Assembly (NCBI GenBank): GCA_937864225.1 | Contig: CALMJK010000016.1 | Location: 34,030-98,029 of the forward strand | DNA length: 64,000 nt | Source: an uncultured bacterium | GTDB lineage: Bacteria > Krumholzibacteriota > Krumholzibacteriia > LZORAL124-64-63 | Direction: 5' to 3' | Shown: positions 37,530 to 47,572 of the stretch, piece after piece | Layout: each line of letters opens with the position of its first letter | Position numbering within the stretch: position 1 is the first letter of the stretch | Translations under genes and position numbers: made by a program | Notes under the pieces: generated by a model | Told to the model about the DNA's origin: nothing | The model's database searches: none | What the model saw: only the letters and a program-made list of their open reading frames with translations

Positions 37530-39112
37530 GGCGCAGGCCTGCGGATCCCACCTGGGTGCCCGAGCGCGGATGGCTTCGTCCAGACCGCGCGGGCCCGGAC
37601 GCCGGGGTCAGCGGGCGTTTCCTGACGATGGCCACCGTGCTGGCCGTGGCGGTGCGCTTCTACCATCTGGGCTCGCAATCCCTATGGGTCGACGAGGCCA
37701 TGACCTGGAACATGGCGCGGCCCGACGGCGGCTTGAGTTTTGCGCAGCAGGTGGGCGAGGAGATCCAGGGTCCTCTCTATCTGGCGCTGGTCTGGCCGCT
37801 CGTGCGCTGGGCCGGATTCTCGGAGTTCTGGCTGCGGTTCCCGGCAGCCGTGGCCGGCGCCCTGACCGTGCCGCTGCTGGCCCTGCTCGGACAGCGCCTG
37901 TGCAACGGGCGCAGCGCGCGCCTGGCGGCCTTGTTGCTGGCGGTCAATCCCTTCCACCTTTGGTACAGCCAGGAGGCGCGCGGATACGCTTTCCTCATGC
38001 TGCTGGCGACACTCGCGTCACTGGCGTTTCTGTGGTTGGCTTCGAGGCCATCGGTGGGGCGAGCCCTGCTGTACGGGGGGCTGGGTCTGGCCACCGCCCT
38101 GAGCAACTTTTCGGGCCTTTTCCTGCTGATGGGGCACGCGCTGGCGGTGCCGGTGGTCGTGCGCCCGCGCGGAAGCCGTGCGTGGGGCGCGTGGCTCGGC
38201 GCCTGGCTGCTGATCGCGGTCGTGCTCGCGCCCTGGTTGTTGAGGGCGAGCGACATCTTGGCGGTGGACCGACTGTTGCCCGGGGCGGCGGGCGGCACGC
38301 CGCTGCGGGGGGAGACGACGTTCTCGGTCTTCGCCCTGCCCTACACGGTCTACGCCTTCTTCTTCGGTTTCAGCCTGGGGCCCTCGCTCACGGAACTCCA
38401 CGGCCCCGGGCCCTTGGCGGCGGTCCGTGCCTGGTGGCCCGTGCTGGGGGGAGCCGCACTCGCGATCCTGGTGCCGCTCGTGGCTGGAGCGCTGCGGTTG
38501 GGCCGGCGCGGCATGGTTTTGCTGGCTCTTTGGGTGCTCGTGCCGGCCGCGGCGGTCACGCTGCTGGCGGCGCGGAATTTCAAGCCGTTCAACCCGCGTT
38601 ATCTCGCCGCCGTCATGCCGCTCGTGCTGCTCGTGGCCGCGCACGGTCTGGGCTCGCTGCCGCGACGGTTGGGGCGGATCTGCGGCTTTGTCATGCTGGC
38701 GCTGCTGCTGTGGTCGCTGCACGGCTACCACGGCGATCCGCGCTACGCCAAGGAGGATGTGCGGGACGCCGCCGCTTGGATCGCCGGGCGGGCCGACGCG
38801 AGCGATCCGATCATGGTCCCGGTCGTGACGCATGTTTATCATCTGTACCATGCTGGACCGGGACGGATCGTTCCGTTTTGGCAGGTGCCTCTCCTACGGG
38901 ACGAGGCCGCGGCCCGCGCCGTCCTGCGCGAACGCATGGGGGACGCGCCCAAGGGATACTTGGTGCTGGCGCGTTCGTGGGAGATCGACCCAGACGGCCG
39001 GCTGCCCGCGGCGCTGATGGCCGAGGCGACGATCGCCGCGGAGGCCGTCTTCCCGGGCGTGCGGGTCCTGGAATGGCGCCGGACGCCGCGAGCGTCGGAG
39101 GAGCGGCCGTGA
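37526..39112 (+). CDS. GT-C family glycosyltransferase (ArnT/PMT-like, GT83/GT39)
   Basis: The protein has many TM helices and the first-loop LWVDEA motif (DE) typical of ArnT/PMT. ATG 37526 overlaps the upstream stop (ATGA). Confidence 0.7.
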   Translation: MRRRPADPTWVPERGWLRPDRAGPDAGVSGRFLTMATVLAVAVRFYHLGSQSLWVDEAMTWNMARPDGGLSFAQQVGEEIQGPLYLALVWPLVRWAGFSEFWLRFPAAVAGALTVPLLALLGQRLCNGRSARLAALLLAVNPFHLWYSQEARGYAFLMLLATLASLAFLWLASRPSVGRALLYGGLGLATALSNFSGLFLLMGHALAVPVVVRPRGSRAWGAWLGAWLLIAVVLAPWLLRASDILAVDRLLPGAAGGTPLRGETTFSVFALPYTVYAFFFGFSLGPSLTELHGPGPLAAVRAWWPVLGGAALAILVPLVAGALRLGRRGMVLLALWVLVPAAAVTLLAARNFKPFNPRYLAAVMPLVLLVAAHGLGSLPRRLGRICGFVMLALLLWSLHGYHGDPRYAKEDVRDAAAWIAGRADASDPIMVPVVTHVYHLYHAGPGRIVPFWQVPLLRDEAAARAVLRERMGDAPKGYLVLARSWEIDPDGRLPAALMAEATIAAEAVFPGVRVLEWRRTPRASEERP

Positions 39113-39795
39113 GACCGGACGTGTACGCCGACCGAGGGGGCTTCGACACGTGGACAGCCGCCGCCGCAGCCGACCTGCGCGCCGACGACGGGCTGGCGTA
39201 CCGCCTGCTCAAGCGGCTGTTCGATCTGGCGGCGTCGCTGATCGGCCTGGTGCTGCTGCTGCCGCTGTTCCCGTTCATTGTCGCGCTCATCAAGCTGGAT
39301 AGCCCTGGTCCCGTCTTCTTCCGCCAAGTGCGCGTGGGCAAGCGCGGGCGGCTTTTCACGTGCTGGAAATTCCGCTCCATGGTCGCCGATGCCGAAGAGC
39401 GCAAACTGGTCCTTGGCCATTTGAACGAGGTAACCGGCGCCGCGTTCAAGATCCGGAACGACCCGCGCGTCACCGACGTGGGTCGCTTCATCAGGCGCAG
39501 CAGCCTGGATGAATTTCCCCAGCTCTTCAACGTGCTGCGCGGCGAGATGTCGATCGTCGGGCCGCGGCCCCAGATTCCCGACGAGGCGCGGCAGTATTCG
39601 CCGTCGCAGGCGCTGCGGCTGATGGTCAAACCCGGTCTGACCTGTTTGTGGCAGGTGTCCGGACGAAGCCACCTCGATTTCGACGAGTGGATGGCGCTGG
39701 ATCTCGAATACGTGCGGCGGCGCGATCTGTGGCTGGATGCGTGGATCCTCACGCACACGCTGCCGGCGGTCATCGCGCGCAAGGGCGCCTATTGA
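39109..39795 (+). CDS. Bacterial sugar transferase (polyprenyl-phosphate hexose-1-phosphate transferase, PglC/WbaP C-terminal type)
   Basis: The translation carries LKRLFDL, PGPVFF.Q.R.G..G..F…KFR.M motifs and the PRP catalytic dyad region (SIVGPRPQ), followed by the DLEYV tail. GTG 39109 overlaps the upstream stop (GTGA). Confidence 0.85.
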   Translation: MRPDVYADRGGFDTWTAAAAADLRADDGLAYRLLKRLFDLAASLIGLVLLLPLFPFIVALIKLDSPGPVFFRQVRVGKRGRLFTCWKFRSMVADAEERKLVLGHLNEVTGAAFKIRNDPRVTDVGRFIRRSSLDEFPQLFNVLRGEMSIVGPRPQIPDEARQYSPSQALRLMVKPGLTCLWQVSGRSHLDFDEWMALDLEYVRRRDLWLDAWILTHTLPAVIARKGAY

Positions 39796-39807
39796 GGGGG
39801 TGGTGGC

Positions 39808-40182
39808 GTGCGCGGGCTCGGCGTGGATCTGACCGCCGTGGATAGAATGGGCACGATTCTCAGACGTCACGGCGACCGCTTCCGCGCGCGCTGTTTCGGG
39901 CCGTTGGAGCGGGCGCCCCGACCCGCGGAGACCGCCGCGGCGGAAACGGCCCGCTTGGCGGCCGCCTGGGCGGCCAAGGAAGCCTTCCTCAAGGCGGCGG
40001 GCGCGGGCCTGGACCGGGTGCCGCCGCGCCAGATTCAGCTCGTGCCGGGCGGCGCGGCGGGCTCGCGGCTGCTGCTGGGGCCCGAGGCTCGCGCGGCGCT
40101 GGCCGGGGCCGGGGCGGAGGCGGCGCGCGTGGCGGTCACGATCGGGGGCGGCTACGCGGCCGCGGTCGTCGTGTTGGACTAG
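39808..40182 (+). CDS. acpS: Holo-[acyl-carrier-protein] synthase (4'-phosphopantetheinyl transferase)
   Basis: The GVDLTAVDRM and WAAKEAFLKA motifs match AcpS, and the length of about 125 aa fits. Confidence 0.8.
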   Translation: MRGLGVDLTAVDRMGTILRRHGDRFRARCFGPLERAPRPAETAAAETARLAAAWAAKEAFLKAAGAGLDRVPPRQIQLVPGGAAGSRLLLGPEARAALAGAGAEAARVAVTIGGGYAAAVVVLD

Positions 40183-40314
40183 GCCGCGCTGCCCGCGGCA
40201 GCCTGCCCGGGCGGGGCTTGCCGCAGGCGGCGGCGCCGGGTAAGATGCGTTTCGCGCGGCGAAACGCTCAGCCGCTGTCCAACCCGTGCGCGGCGCTCAT
40301 GGGAGGGATCCCGT

Positions 40315-41247
40315 TTGATCCGGCTCTCGTACCTGCTGGTGGACGTCTTCACGCATCGCCCTTTCGGCGGCAGCCGGTTGGCGCTGTTCCCCAACGGCGA
40401 AGGACTTTCCGCCGGTCTGATGCAGGCGATCGCGGGGGAGATGGGGTGCGTCGAAGCGGCGTTCGTGTTGCCCAGCCGCACCGGCCGACGCAACTGGTCC
40501 GCGCTGCGCGTCTTCACGCCGACGGCGGAAATCCCGTTCGCGGGACACTCGGTCCTCGGCGCGACCTGCGCCCTCGACCACCTCGGGCGGCTGGCGCGCA
40601 CGGGCGAGCGGACCCTCTGTGAATGGGAGTTGGAATCGGGATATTTCCCCGTGTTGCTGCGCGAGGAGGAGGGGCGCACGCTTTACAGCCTGGTGCAGAA
40701 TCCTCCCGTCTTCATCGGCCAGTACTATCACCGCGACAAGGTGGCGCGGGCGCTCGGCATCCCGAGCGAGGAGATCGCCATCACCGGCCTGCCCTGCGAG
40801 ATCGTCTCGACCGGGCTTCCGATCCACATCGTGCCGGTCGGCTCGCTGGAAACCGTGCGGGCCATCACGTTGCAGCCGACGGAAGCCGATGCGATCGCGG
40901 TCGATCTCGGTTTCGGCGATCTGTTCGTGTTCACCTGCGAAACCGAATCCGCGGAGGCCGACGTGCACTGCCGCATGTTCGCGCCCCATTTCGGCATTCC
41001 CGAGGACCCGGCCAGCGGTTCGGCCAATGGGGCCCTAGCCGCCTACCTGATCAAGCACCGTTTGGTGCCGGCGCAGCCGCACGTGCGGCTGGTCAGCGAG
41101 CAGGGCCTCGAAATGGGTCGTCCCAGTCGCCTCATCGTGGAGGCCGAAGTCGAGAACGGCAGGGCCAGCCTCATCCAGGTCGGGGGAAACTGCGTCGTGC
41201 TGGGAGAAGGGGTGCTCTCGGTGCCGGACGATCTGCCCGCGGCCTGA
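40315..41247 (+). CDS. PhzF-family isomerase (phenazine biosynthesis-like protein)
   Basis: The N-terminus (LLVDVFTHRPFGGSRLALF) is typical of PhzF in the DAP-epimerase fold, and the conserved Glu is present in the VEAAFV context. Confidence 0.85.
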   Translation: MIRLSYLLVDVFTHRPFGGSRLALFPNGEGLSAGLMQAIAGEMGCVEAAFVLPSRTGRRNWSALRVFTPTAEIPFAGHSVLGATCALDHLGRLARTGERTLCEWELESGYFPVLLREEEGRTLYSLVQNPPVFIGQYYHRDKVARALGIPSEEIAITGLPCEIVSTGLPIHIVPVGSLETVRAITLQPTEADAIAVDLGFGDLFVFTCETESAEADVHCRMFAPHFGIPEDPASGSANGALAAYLIKHRLVPAQPHVRLVSEQGLEMGRPSRLIVEAEVENGRASLIQVGGNCVVLGEGVLSVPDDLPAA

Positions 41248-41292
41248 CCTGAGACTGCAGACACCAGACAGGAGCGAGGAGACGGAGCGCCC

Positions 41293-42939
41293 ATGACGCA
41301 TCCCGCCGGACTGAGCCAGGAAATGGCCGACATGGTCGTGCAGACGCTGCGCCAGGTGGCGCGGCGCGACCTGCCGGACGCGCGCGTGCTGAAACTCGAC
41401 CGGGAAGACGAGTTCCCGCACGATCTGATCCGGACGCTGCTTTCGCCCGAGGTCGGTCTCCACTTGATCTTCCTGCCGGAGGACGTGGGCGGTCTGGGCG
41501 GCGGCGCGCGCGACATCTGCAGGATCTCCGAGGAGATGGCGGCCGTCGACTTGGGCGTGGCGACGGCCTTTCTGGCGATCTGCCTGGGCACGGATCCGAT
41601 CCTGGTCGGCGGGACGCCCGAGCAGAAGACGCGCTGGCTCGGCCGCATCGCATCGGAGGGATTGATCGTCGCCTATGGGGTGACCGAGCCGGCGGCCGGC
41701 AGCAACGTCGCGGCGCTGCAGACGCGCGCCCAACCGGTGCGCGACGCCAGCGGCGCCGTGGAAAGCTACCGTCTCAACGGCACCAAGCAGTTCATCACCA
41801 ACGGAGGCGTCGCGCAACTCTACACGATTCTCGCCGCGGCGCCGGGGGGGCCCAGTTTCTTCATCGTCGAGCGCGACACGCCGGGCATGTCCGCCGGCCG
41901 TCACGAGGACAAGCACGGCATCCGCGCCTCGAACACCACGAGCGTGCAGCTCGATGACGTGATCGTCCCGGCCGATCATCTCGTGGGTCTGGCCGAGGGG
42001 CGCGGCCTCAAGCAGGCCAACGAGGTCTTCGGTTATACGCGTCTGATGGTGGGAGCCTTCGGGTTGGGAGCCGGCCAGAACGCGCTGGAGCGAGCCCTCG
42101 CCTACGCGCGGCAGCGAATCCAATTCGGCTCGCCCTTGATCGAGAAACAGGGCTACGCGCTCAAACTGTTGGCGCCGCATTGGGTCGATCTGGCGGCCGG
42201 CAGGGCCTACGTGCGCGAGATCGCACTGCGCATCGACAGCGGCGAGCGGGACCTGCAGGTCGAGGGTTCGATCGCCAAGCTGTGGTGCACCGAGGCCGGC
42301 AACCGCGCGGCCGACGCCGCGCTGCAGGCCTTGGGCGGGTACGGATACACGCGCGAGTACATGGTCGAAAAGATTCGGCGCGACGTGCGCATCACCAGCA
42401 TCTACGAGGGGACGAGCGAGATCCAGCAGGCCATCATCGGACTCTACCGCTGGAAGGAGACGGTGCGATCGAAGGGGGCGTTCTGGAGCGGCCAGGCGGC
42501 GCGTCTGGAGGACCTGCACGCCCGGCGCCCGGACGTCGGCGCCGCGCAGGCCGCCGCCGCCGCGCAGGCGCTCGGCCAGACGATCCTCCATTGCCACCAG
42601 TCCGGTTTGACGAAGCACCAGATCGTCCAGTTCCAACTGGCGGACCTGGCGGCCGTCGTGGAGGTGGCGGGCGCGTTTTGCCGCGATGCGGCGCAGGACG
42701 GCGACGAAGCGGCCGCCGACGCGGCCATGAGCCGCTGGTTCGCGCGCCGGGCGCTCGCCGCCGCGCGGCGGCGCGGTCTTGAAATCGTGCTGGGCGCCGT
42801 GGATCCGGGGGACGAGGCCGGCGTGGCGGCGGCGGGAACTTTCGCGGCGCGCGTGGCCGCCCCCGATGCTTGGCGCTCGCTCGTGGGGGGCTGGCGCGAC
42901 CTGGAGAGCGTGGCGGCCCACCTGCGCGCGCGGGCCTAA
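41293..42939 (+). CDS. Acyl-CoA dehydrogenase with about 170-aa Ala-rich C-terminal extension
   Basis: The translation carries the ACAD motifs (AYGVTEPAAGSNVAAL, YRLNGTKQFITNG, IYEGTSEIQ). A long low-complexity tail follows the catalytic domain. Confidence 0.85.
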   Translation: MTHPAGLSQEMADMVVQTLRQVARRDLPDARVLKLDREDEFPHDLIRTLLSPEVGLHLIFLPEDVGGLGGGARDICRISEEMAAVDLGVATAFLAICLGTDPILVGGTPEQKTRWLGRIASEGLIVAYGVTEPAAGSNVAALQTRAQPVRDASGAVESYRLNGTKQFITNGGVAQLYTILAAAPGGPSFFIVERDTPGMSAGRHEDKHGIRASNTTSVQLDDVIVPADHLVGLAEGRGLKQANEVFGYTRLMVGAFGLGAGQNALERALAYARQRIQFGSPLIEKQGYALKLLAPHWVDLAAGRAYVREIALRIDSGERDLQVEGSIAKLWCTEAGNRAADAALQALGGYGYTREYMVEKIRRDVRITSIYEGTSEIQQAIIGLYRWKETVRSKGAFWSGQAARLEDLHARRPDVGAAQAAAAAQALGQTILHCHQSGLTKHQIVQFQLADLAAVVEVAGAFCRDAAQDGDEAAADAAMSRWFARRALAAARRRGLEIVLGAVDPGDEAGVAAAGTFAARVAAPDAWRSLVGGWRDLESVAAHLRARA

Positions 42940-42971
42940 GGCAGACGGCAGGACGGAGCGACCGAACACCG

Positions 42972-43406
42972 ATGGCTGCAGGCGAGGCATTGTCGTGGAC
43001 GGCCCATCCTTTCCGGCGGCGCCGTGGGCGCGGTTGGGCCGGCTTGGCAGCCGCCGCGACGGCGCTCGGGCTCGTGCACCTGTGGGCGCGCTCGCTGGCG
43101 CTGACGCTTTTGGGCGGCGTCCTGCTGGCGGTTTCTCTCTGGCCCTTCTACTTCCCGGTGCGGTGGCGGCTGTCCGAGACGGAGATCACGGCTGATTTCG
43201 GCGCCTGGCGACGTCGCTGGCCGTGGGAGCGATTCAAGGGCTTTGTGGCGCTGGGCGACGGCGCCGTGCTGACGCCCTTTGCGCGGCCGCACGCGCTCGA
43301 GCGGTGGCGGACGCTTTGGCTGCCCTGCCCGGAGCGCGCGGACGACCTGCACGCTTGGTTGGCGCAGCGACTGCCCAGGCGCGGCGGGGAGGGGAACGGC
43401 CCGTGA
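42972..43406 (+). CDS. Small membrane protein, bacterial PH-domain (bPH_2/YdbS)-like (putative)
   Basis: It has two N-terminal TM helices, and the roughly 80-aa soluble domain after them is PH-like by pattern. This is a weak call. Confidence 0.35.
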   Translation: MAAGEALSWTAHPFRRRRGRGWAGLAAAATALGLVHLWARSLALTLLGGVLLAVSLWPFYFPVRWRLSETEITADFGAWRRRWPWERFKGFVALGDGAVLTPFARPHALERWRTLWLPCPERADDLHAWLAQRLPRRGGEGNGP

Positions 43407-43780
43407 GTGAAAGGAGCGGCGAGCGGGAGGCGGCCGCGCGCGCCGATGTGGCGTCTCTCCTGGCGGAAGCGGGTGCCGCGCCGGCGGGCCTGGCGGCCGC
43501 AGACGACCGGCTGCTGGCCGAGGTGGCGTTGGCGGTGAAGCGAAGAGGGTTGGAGACCCCCGCCGTGCTGTGGTTGGAAAGCCTGCGCCCGCTCTCTTTC
43601 CTCGGCGCTCAAGCCATGCATTTCCTCACGCCCTTCGTGCAGGCCTTCATTCCCGCGGACCGTTTTCGTCGCTTGGCGTCCGTGCTGGAGGAGCGGGCGA
43701 ACCTGGAACGCCTCGTCCGCCTCGTCGAAGTCGCGGCAAGCTCCGCTCCGGCCGCGAAAGATCGCGGGGGTGGGGCTTGA
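43403..43780 (+). CDS. Hypothetical protein (GTG start overlapping upstream stop, GTGA)
   Basis: The reading frame is open and translationally coupled, with no recognisable domain. Confidence 0.35.
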   Translation: MSERSGEREAAARADVASLLAEAGAAPAGLAAADDRLLAEVALAVKRRGLETPAVLWLESLRPLSFLGAQAMHFLTPFVQAFIPADRFRRLASVLEERANLERLVRLVEVAASSAPAAKDRGGGA

Positions 43781-43845
43781 GCGCGCATCCCGCCGCAGAA
43801 AGGCCCGCCGGAGGTCCCGGACCACGGCCCTGCAACGTCATCCTG

Positions 43846-45630
43846 ATGACGGACTGCGGGTCAACGTCGACCAAGGCCATTCTCATCGAGCGGCGGGATG
43901 GGCAGTACCGTCTGGTCGCGCGAGGCGAGGCGCCCACGACGGTCGAGGCGCCCTGGGAGGATGTCACGCGGGGTGTTCGCAACGCCATCGCGGAGGTCGG
44001 GGAGGTGACCGGGCGCCGCCTGCTGGATCCGCATTCGGGCGGCCTGATCACGCCTTCGCGAGGAGACGAAGGTGTCGACCTGTTTTTGAGCACGAGCAGC
44101 GCGGGGGGCGGGCTGCAGATGCTCGTGGTCGGGGTCGTGCGGAACATGACGGCCGAAAGCGCGGAACGCGCCGCCCTCGGCGCGGGTGCGATCGTGACCG
44201 AGGTCATCGCGTTCAACGATCACCGACGCCCGCACGAGCAGATAGAGCGCATCCGGCACTTGCGTCCGGACATGATCCTGCTGAGCGGGGCGGTCGACGG
44301 CGGCAGCACCTCTCATGTCGTGAAGCTGGCGGAACTGGTGGCGGCGGCGGAGCCCAGGCCGCGGCTGGGCGGCGGCGGCCGGTTGCCGTTGATCTATGCC
44401 GGCAACGTGGCGGCGCGCGAGGAGGTGTCGTCGGCGCTGGGCGAATGCGTGGACCTGGTCCTGACGGAGAACCTGCGGCCGATCCTCGAACGGGAGAATC
44501 TCGGTCCGGCGCGCGCGAGAATCCACGAGGTCTTTCTGGAGCACGTCATGGCGCGCGCGCCCGGGTACGCGCAGTTGATGGATCTGTGCGACAGCCCCAT
44601 CGTCCCAACGCCGGCCGCCGTCGGAGACATGGTCAAGCGCATCGCCGCCGAAGAAGGGTGCGACGTGCTGGCCGTCGACATCGGCGGTGCGACCACGGAC
44701 ATCTTCTCGATGTTCGACGGACAGTTCAACCGGACCGTGAGCGCCAACCTCGGCATGAGCTACAGCGTGGCGAACGTGCTGCGCGCCGCGGGGTTGCCGG
44801 GTGTCATGCGATGGGTCCCGCTGCATCTGGAAGAGCGCGAGCTGCGCGATCGCCTCCTGAACAAGATGATTCGGCCCACGACGGTCCCGCAGCTGCTGGA
44901 GGAACTGGTTCTGGAGCAGGCGGTCGCGCGTGAAGCCTTGCGTCTGGCCTTCCAGCAGCACCGCGGTTTCGCGAGCGGGCTGAAGGGGGTGCACCGCGCA
45001 CACGGCATGGGGGACGCCTTCCACCAAGCCGGTCCGGACGCCACCCTGGCGGACATGATGCGGCTGGGTTTGATCATTGGGTCGGGCGGCGTGCTTTCGC
45101 ACGCGCCGCGGCGGGCTCAGGCCGCGCTGATGCTGATCGACGCCTTCCAGCCGGAAGGCGTGACGCGGCTGGCCGTCGATTCGGTCTTCATGCTGCCGCA
45201 ACTGGGCGTACTGGCGAATGTGCACGCCGAGGCGGCGCGGCAGGTGCTGCGAAACGACTGCCTCGTGCGCTTGGGGACCTGCGTGGCGCCGGTCGGGCCG
45301 GCCGTGCGCGCCGGCTGTGCCGTGGCGTCGGTTCAATTGACGGAGCGCGACGGCCCGAGGCGCGAGATTCGGCTCGGCGCGGGGGAACTCGTGCGCGTGC
45401 CGCTGGCGGCGGGCGCGCAGGCTCATCTGTGCGTGCGCCCGGCGCGCGGATTCGACGCGGGCGCGGGGCCGGGCGCCGTGCTGGAGACCGACGTCGACGG
45501 CGGTGAGGTGGGCGTGATTCTCGACGCGCGGGGCCGGCCGATCGCGCTGGCGGCGGACGAGCCGGGGCGGCTTGCCCAATTGCGCAGGTGGCACGCGGCG
45601 CTCGATCTCTACCCGGAGGCGATCGCGTGA
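43846..45630 (+). CDS. GlmL/MutL-EutA-like ASKHA-superfamily ATPase (duplicated actin-like fold)
   Basis: The N-terminus MTDCGSTSTKAILIE matches phosphate-1 of GlmL (IDFGSTYTK-type). LSTSSAGGGL is a phosphate-2-like motif. The second half carries LAVDIGGATTDIFS, the DIGGATTD hallmark of the GlmL/EutA and hydantoinase-A families. Confidence 0.55.
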   Translation: MTDCGSTSTKAILIERRDGQYRLVARGEAPTTVEAPWEDVTRGVRNAIAEVGEVTGRRLLDPHSGGLITPSRGDEGVDLFLSTSSAGGGLQMLVVGVVRNMTAESAERAALGAGAIVTEVIAFNDHRRPHEQIERIRHLRPDMILLSGAVDGGSTSHVVKLAELVAAAEPRPRLGGGGRLPLIYAGNVAAREEVSSALGECVDLVLTENLRPILERENLGPARARIHEVFLEHVMARAPGYAQLMDLCDSPIVPTPAAVGDMVKRIAAEEGCDVLAVDIGGATTDIFSMFDGQFNRTVSANLGMSYSVANVLRAAGLPGVMRWVPLHLEERELRDRLLNKMIRPTTVPQLLEELVLEQAVAREALRLAFQQHRGFASGLKGVHRAHGMGDAFHQAGPDATLADMMRLGLIIGSGGVLSHAPRRAQAALMLIDAFQPEGVTRLAVDSVFMLPQLGVLANVHAEAARQVLRNDCLVRLGTCVAPVGPAVRAGCAVASVQLTERDGPRREIRLGAGELVRVPLAAGAQAHLCVRPARGFDAGAGPGAVLETDVDGGEVGVILDARGRPIALAADEPGRLAQLRRWHAALDLYPEAIA

Positions 45631-46742
45631 GCCACGCCTATTATCCCGGGCTGTCGGTCAGCGGCTGGACGATGTTGCGCCGGGAGCGACTGTTGCCGGT
45701 TGCGGGCGAAGTCCTGGTCAACGTGGGCCAGGTGGTCGCGCCGGACACGCTGGTGGCGCAAACGGTCCTGCGCGGGCAACTCATCCCGGTGAACGTGGCC
45801 GCCAGCCTCGGAGTGTCTCCGGAAGAGGTGCCGGGTTCGCTGCTCAAGGAACTCGGAGATGCCGTGGAATCCGGCGAGATCCTGGCACGCACGAAGGGGT
45901 TGTTCGGCCTGCTCCGCAGCGAGTGCCGGGCCCCTGCCGGCGGTGTCATCGCCTCGATCTCCGCGGTGACGGGGCAGGTCATGCTCGAGGGGCCCGCGGT
46001 GCCGGTGCAGGTGCGGGCCTGGCTGTCGGGAACCGTGGCCGAGGTGCGCCCGGAGCGGGGAGCCGTCGTCGCGTCGGGCGGCGCTTGGTTGCAAGGCGTG
46101 TTCGGGCTGGGGGGCGAGACGTGGGGGGCGCTGGTTCTGGCGGTGTCGGCGCCCACGGACGTGCTGGAAGAGCCGGACATCACGCCGGCCATGCGCGGCA
46201 AGGTCGTCGTGGGAGGAGCGCTGGCGACGCTGGGCGCCCTGCGGCGCGCCGCCGAGGTGGGGGTCGCCGCGGTCGTCACCGGGGGTGTGCATGCGCTCGA
46301 CCTGGGCGCGTTCCTGGGTGAGGAGATCGGCGTGGCGGTGACCGGCGCGGAGGAGATCGGATTCACTCTTGTGGTGACCGAGGGCTTCGGCCAGGTCGCG
46401 ATGGCCAGGCGGACCTTTCGCCTGCTGGGCGAGAAGGAAGGTTTCATCGCGAGCGTGTGCGGCGCGACGCAGATCCGCGCGGGCGTGGTGCGTCCAGAGA
46501 TCATCGTGCCGACCGCCGCGAGCGAGCGGCTGGCGGCGGAGACGGCCGCTTCGGGCGGGATCGAGGTCGGGGCTCCGGTGCGGCTGATCCGGGCGCCCCA
46601 TTTCGGGGCGATCGGTCTGGTGCGGGAATTGATCGCTCAACCGCAGGTTCTCGAGAGCGGCGCGCGCGTGCGCGTGCTGGTGGCTGAGCTCGAGAACGGC
46701 CTGCGGGTGACGGTGCCCCGCAGCAACGTGGAAGTTTTCTGA
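45627..46742 (+). CDS. Hypothetical protein, Gly/Val/Ala-rich, possible barrel-sandwich/Rossmann-like regions
   Basis: GTG 45627 overlaps the upstream stop (GTGA). No confident family match was found. Confidence 0.4.
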   Translation: MSHAYYPGLSVSGWTMLRRERLLPVAGEVLVNVGQVVAPDTLVAQTVLRGQLIPVNVAASLGVSPEEVPGSLLKELGDAVESGEILARTKGLFGLLRSECRAPAGGVIASISAVTGQVMLEGPAVPVQVRAWLSGTVAEVRPERGAVVASGGAWLQGVFGLGGETWGALVLAVSAPTDVLEEPDITPAMRGKVVVGGALATLGALRRAAEVGVAAVVTGGVHALDLGAFLGEEIGVAVTGAEEIGFTLVVTEGFGQVAMARRTFRLLGEKEGFIASVCGATQIRAGVVRPEIIVPTAASERLAAETAASGGIEVGAPVRLIRAPHFGAIGLVRELIAQPQVLESGARVRVLVAELENGLRVTVPRSNVEVF

Positions 46743-46752
46743 CGGAGAAGAC

Positions 46753-47571
46753 GTGGCGGGCTGGTTCGAGCAAGCCAACTGGAACCTGGCGCTGTTCACG
46801 CTGATCCTGGGCGGCGTTCTGCTGGCGTCCATCCGGGCCGCGCTGCGCGGTCGCGTGCCCCGGGTGCGCGTTCTGCCGGGCGTCGCGGCGATGGCTGAAG
46901 CCGTCGGCCGCGCCGTGGAAATGGGGCGTCCCGTCTTTTTCGTGCCCGGCACGCGCGACCTGGACAACGTGCAGACGGTGGCGGGACTGGCAGTGCTAGG
47001 CGAGTTGGCCGCGCTCACGGCGCGTCTGGAGTGCCGCCTGGAGGTGCTCACGGACCGCAGCCTGGTCATGGCCGCGGCGCGCGAGGCGGGGCGCGCGGCC
47101 TACCTGGCCGCCGGGCGCCCGGAGACCTGGCGCGACGACAGTGTCAGCTACGTGTCGGACGACCAGTTCGGCTTTGTCGCGCGCGTGGACGGCCTGATCG
47201 CGCGCGAAAGGCCCGCCACCTGCTTCTGGTTGGGCGCTTTCTCGGCCGAGTCGCTGCTGCTGGCCGAAGCGGGCAGTCAGATCGGCGCCATCCAGATCGC
47301 GGGCACGGCCGAGCGCAGCCAACTGCCGTTCTTCATCGCCGCCTGCGACTACACGCTGATCGGAGAGGAGTTGTTCGCGGCGAGCGCCTGCCTGACGGGC
47401 GATCCGGCGCTGCTCGGTACCCTGCGGGGACAGGACCTCGGCAAGGCGGTGGCGGGCGGCGCTCTTCTGCTGGGATCGCTGCTGGCGACCGCCGCGGCGC
47501 TCACGCACTGGCCCTTCATCGTGAAGCTGCAGAGCGCCCTCCAACGCCTGTTCAGCGCGGGAGGTCCGTGA
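46753..47571 (+). CDS. Membrane-anchored protein (single N-terminal TM helix + soluble domain)
   Basis: The N-terminus WNLALFTLILGGVLLASI is a TM helix. The protein appears paralogous to the gene at 48283. Confidence 0.45.
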   Translation: MAGWFEQANWNLALFTLILGGVLLASIRAALRGRVPRVRVLPGVAAMAEAVGRAVEMGRPVFFVPGTRDLDNVQTVAGLAVLGELAALTARLECRLEVLTDRSLVMAAAREAGRAAYLAAGRPETWRDDSVSYVSDDQFGFVARVDGLIARERPATCFWLGAFSAESLLLAEAGSQIGAIQIAGTAERSQLPFFIAACDYTLIGEELFAASACLTGDPALLGTLRGQDLGKAVAGGALLLGSLLATAAALTHWPFIVKLQSALQRLFSAGGP

Positions 47572-47572
47572 C

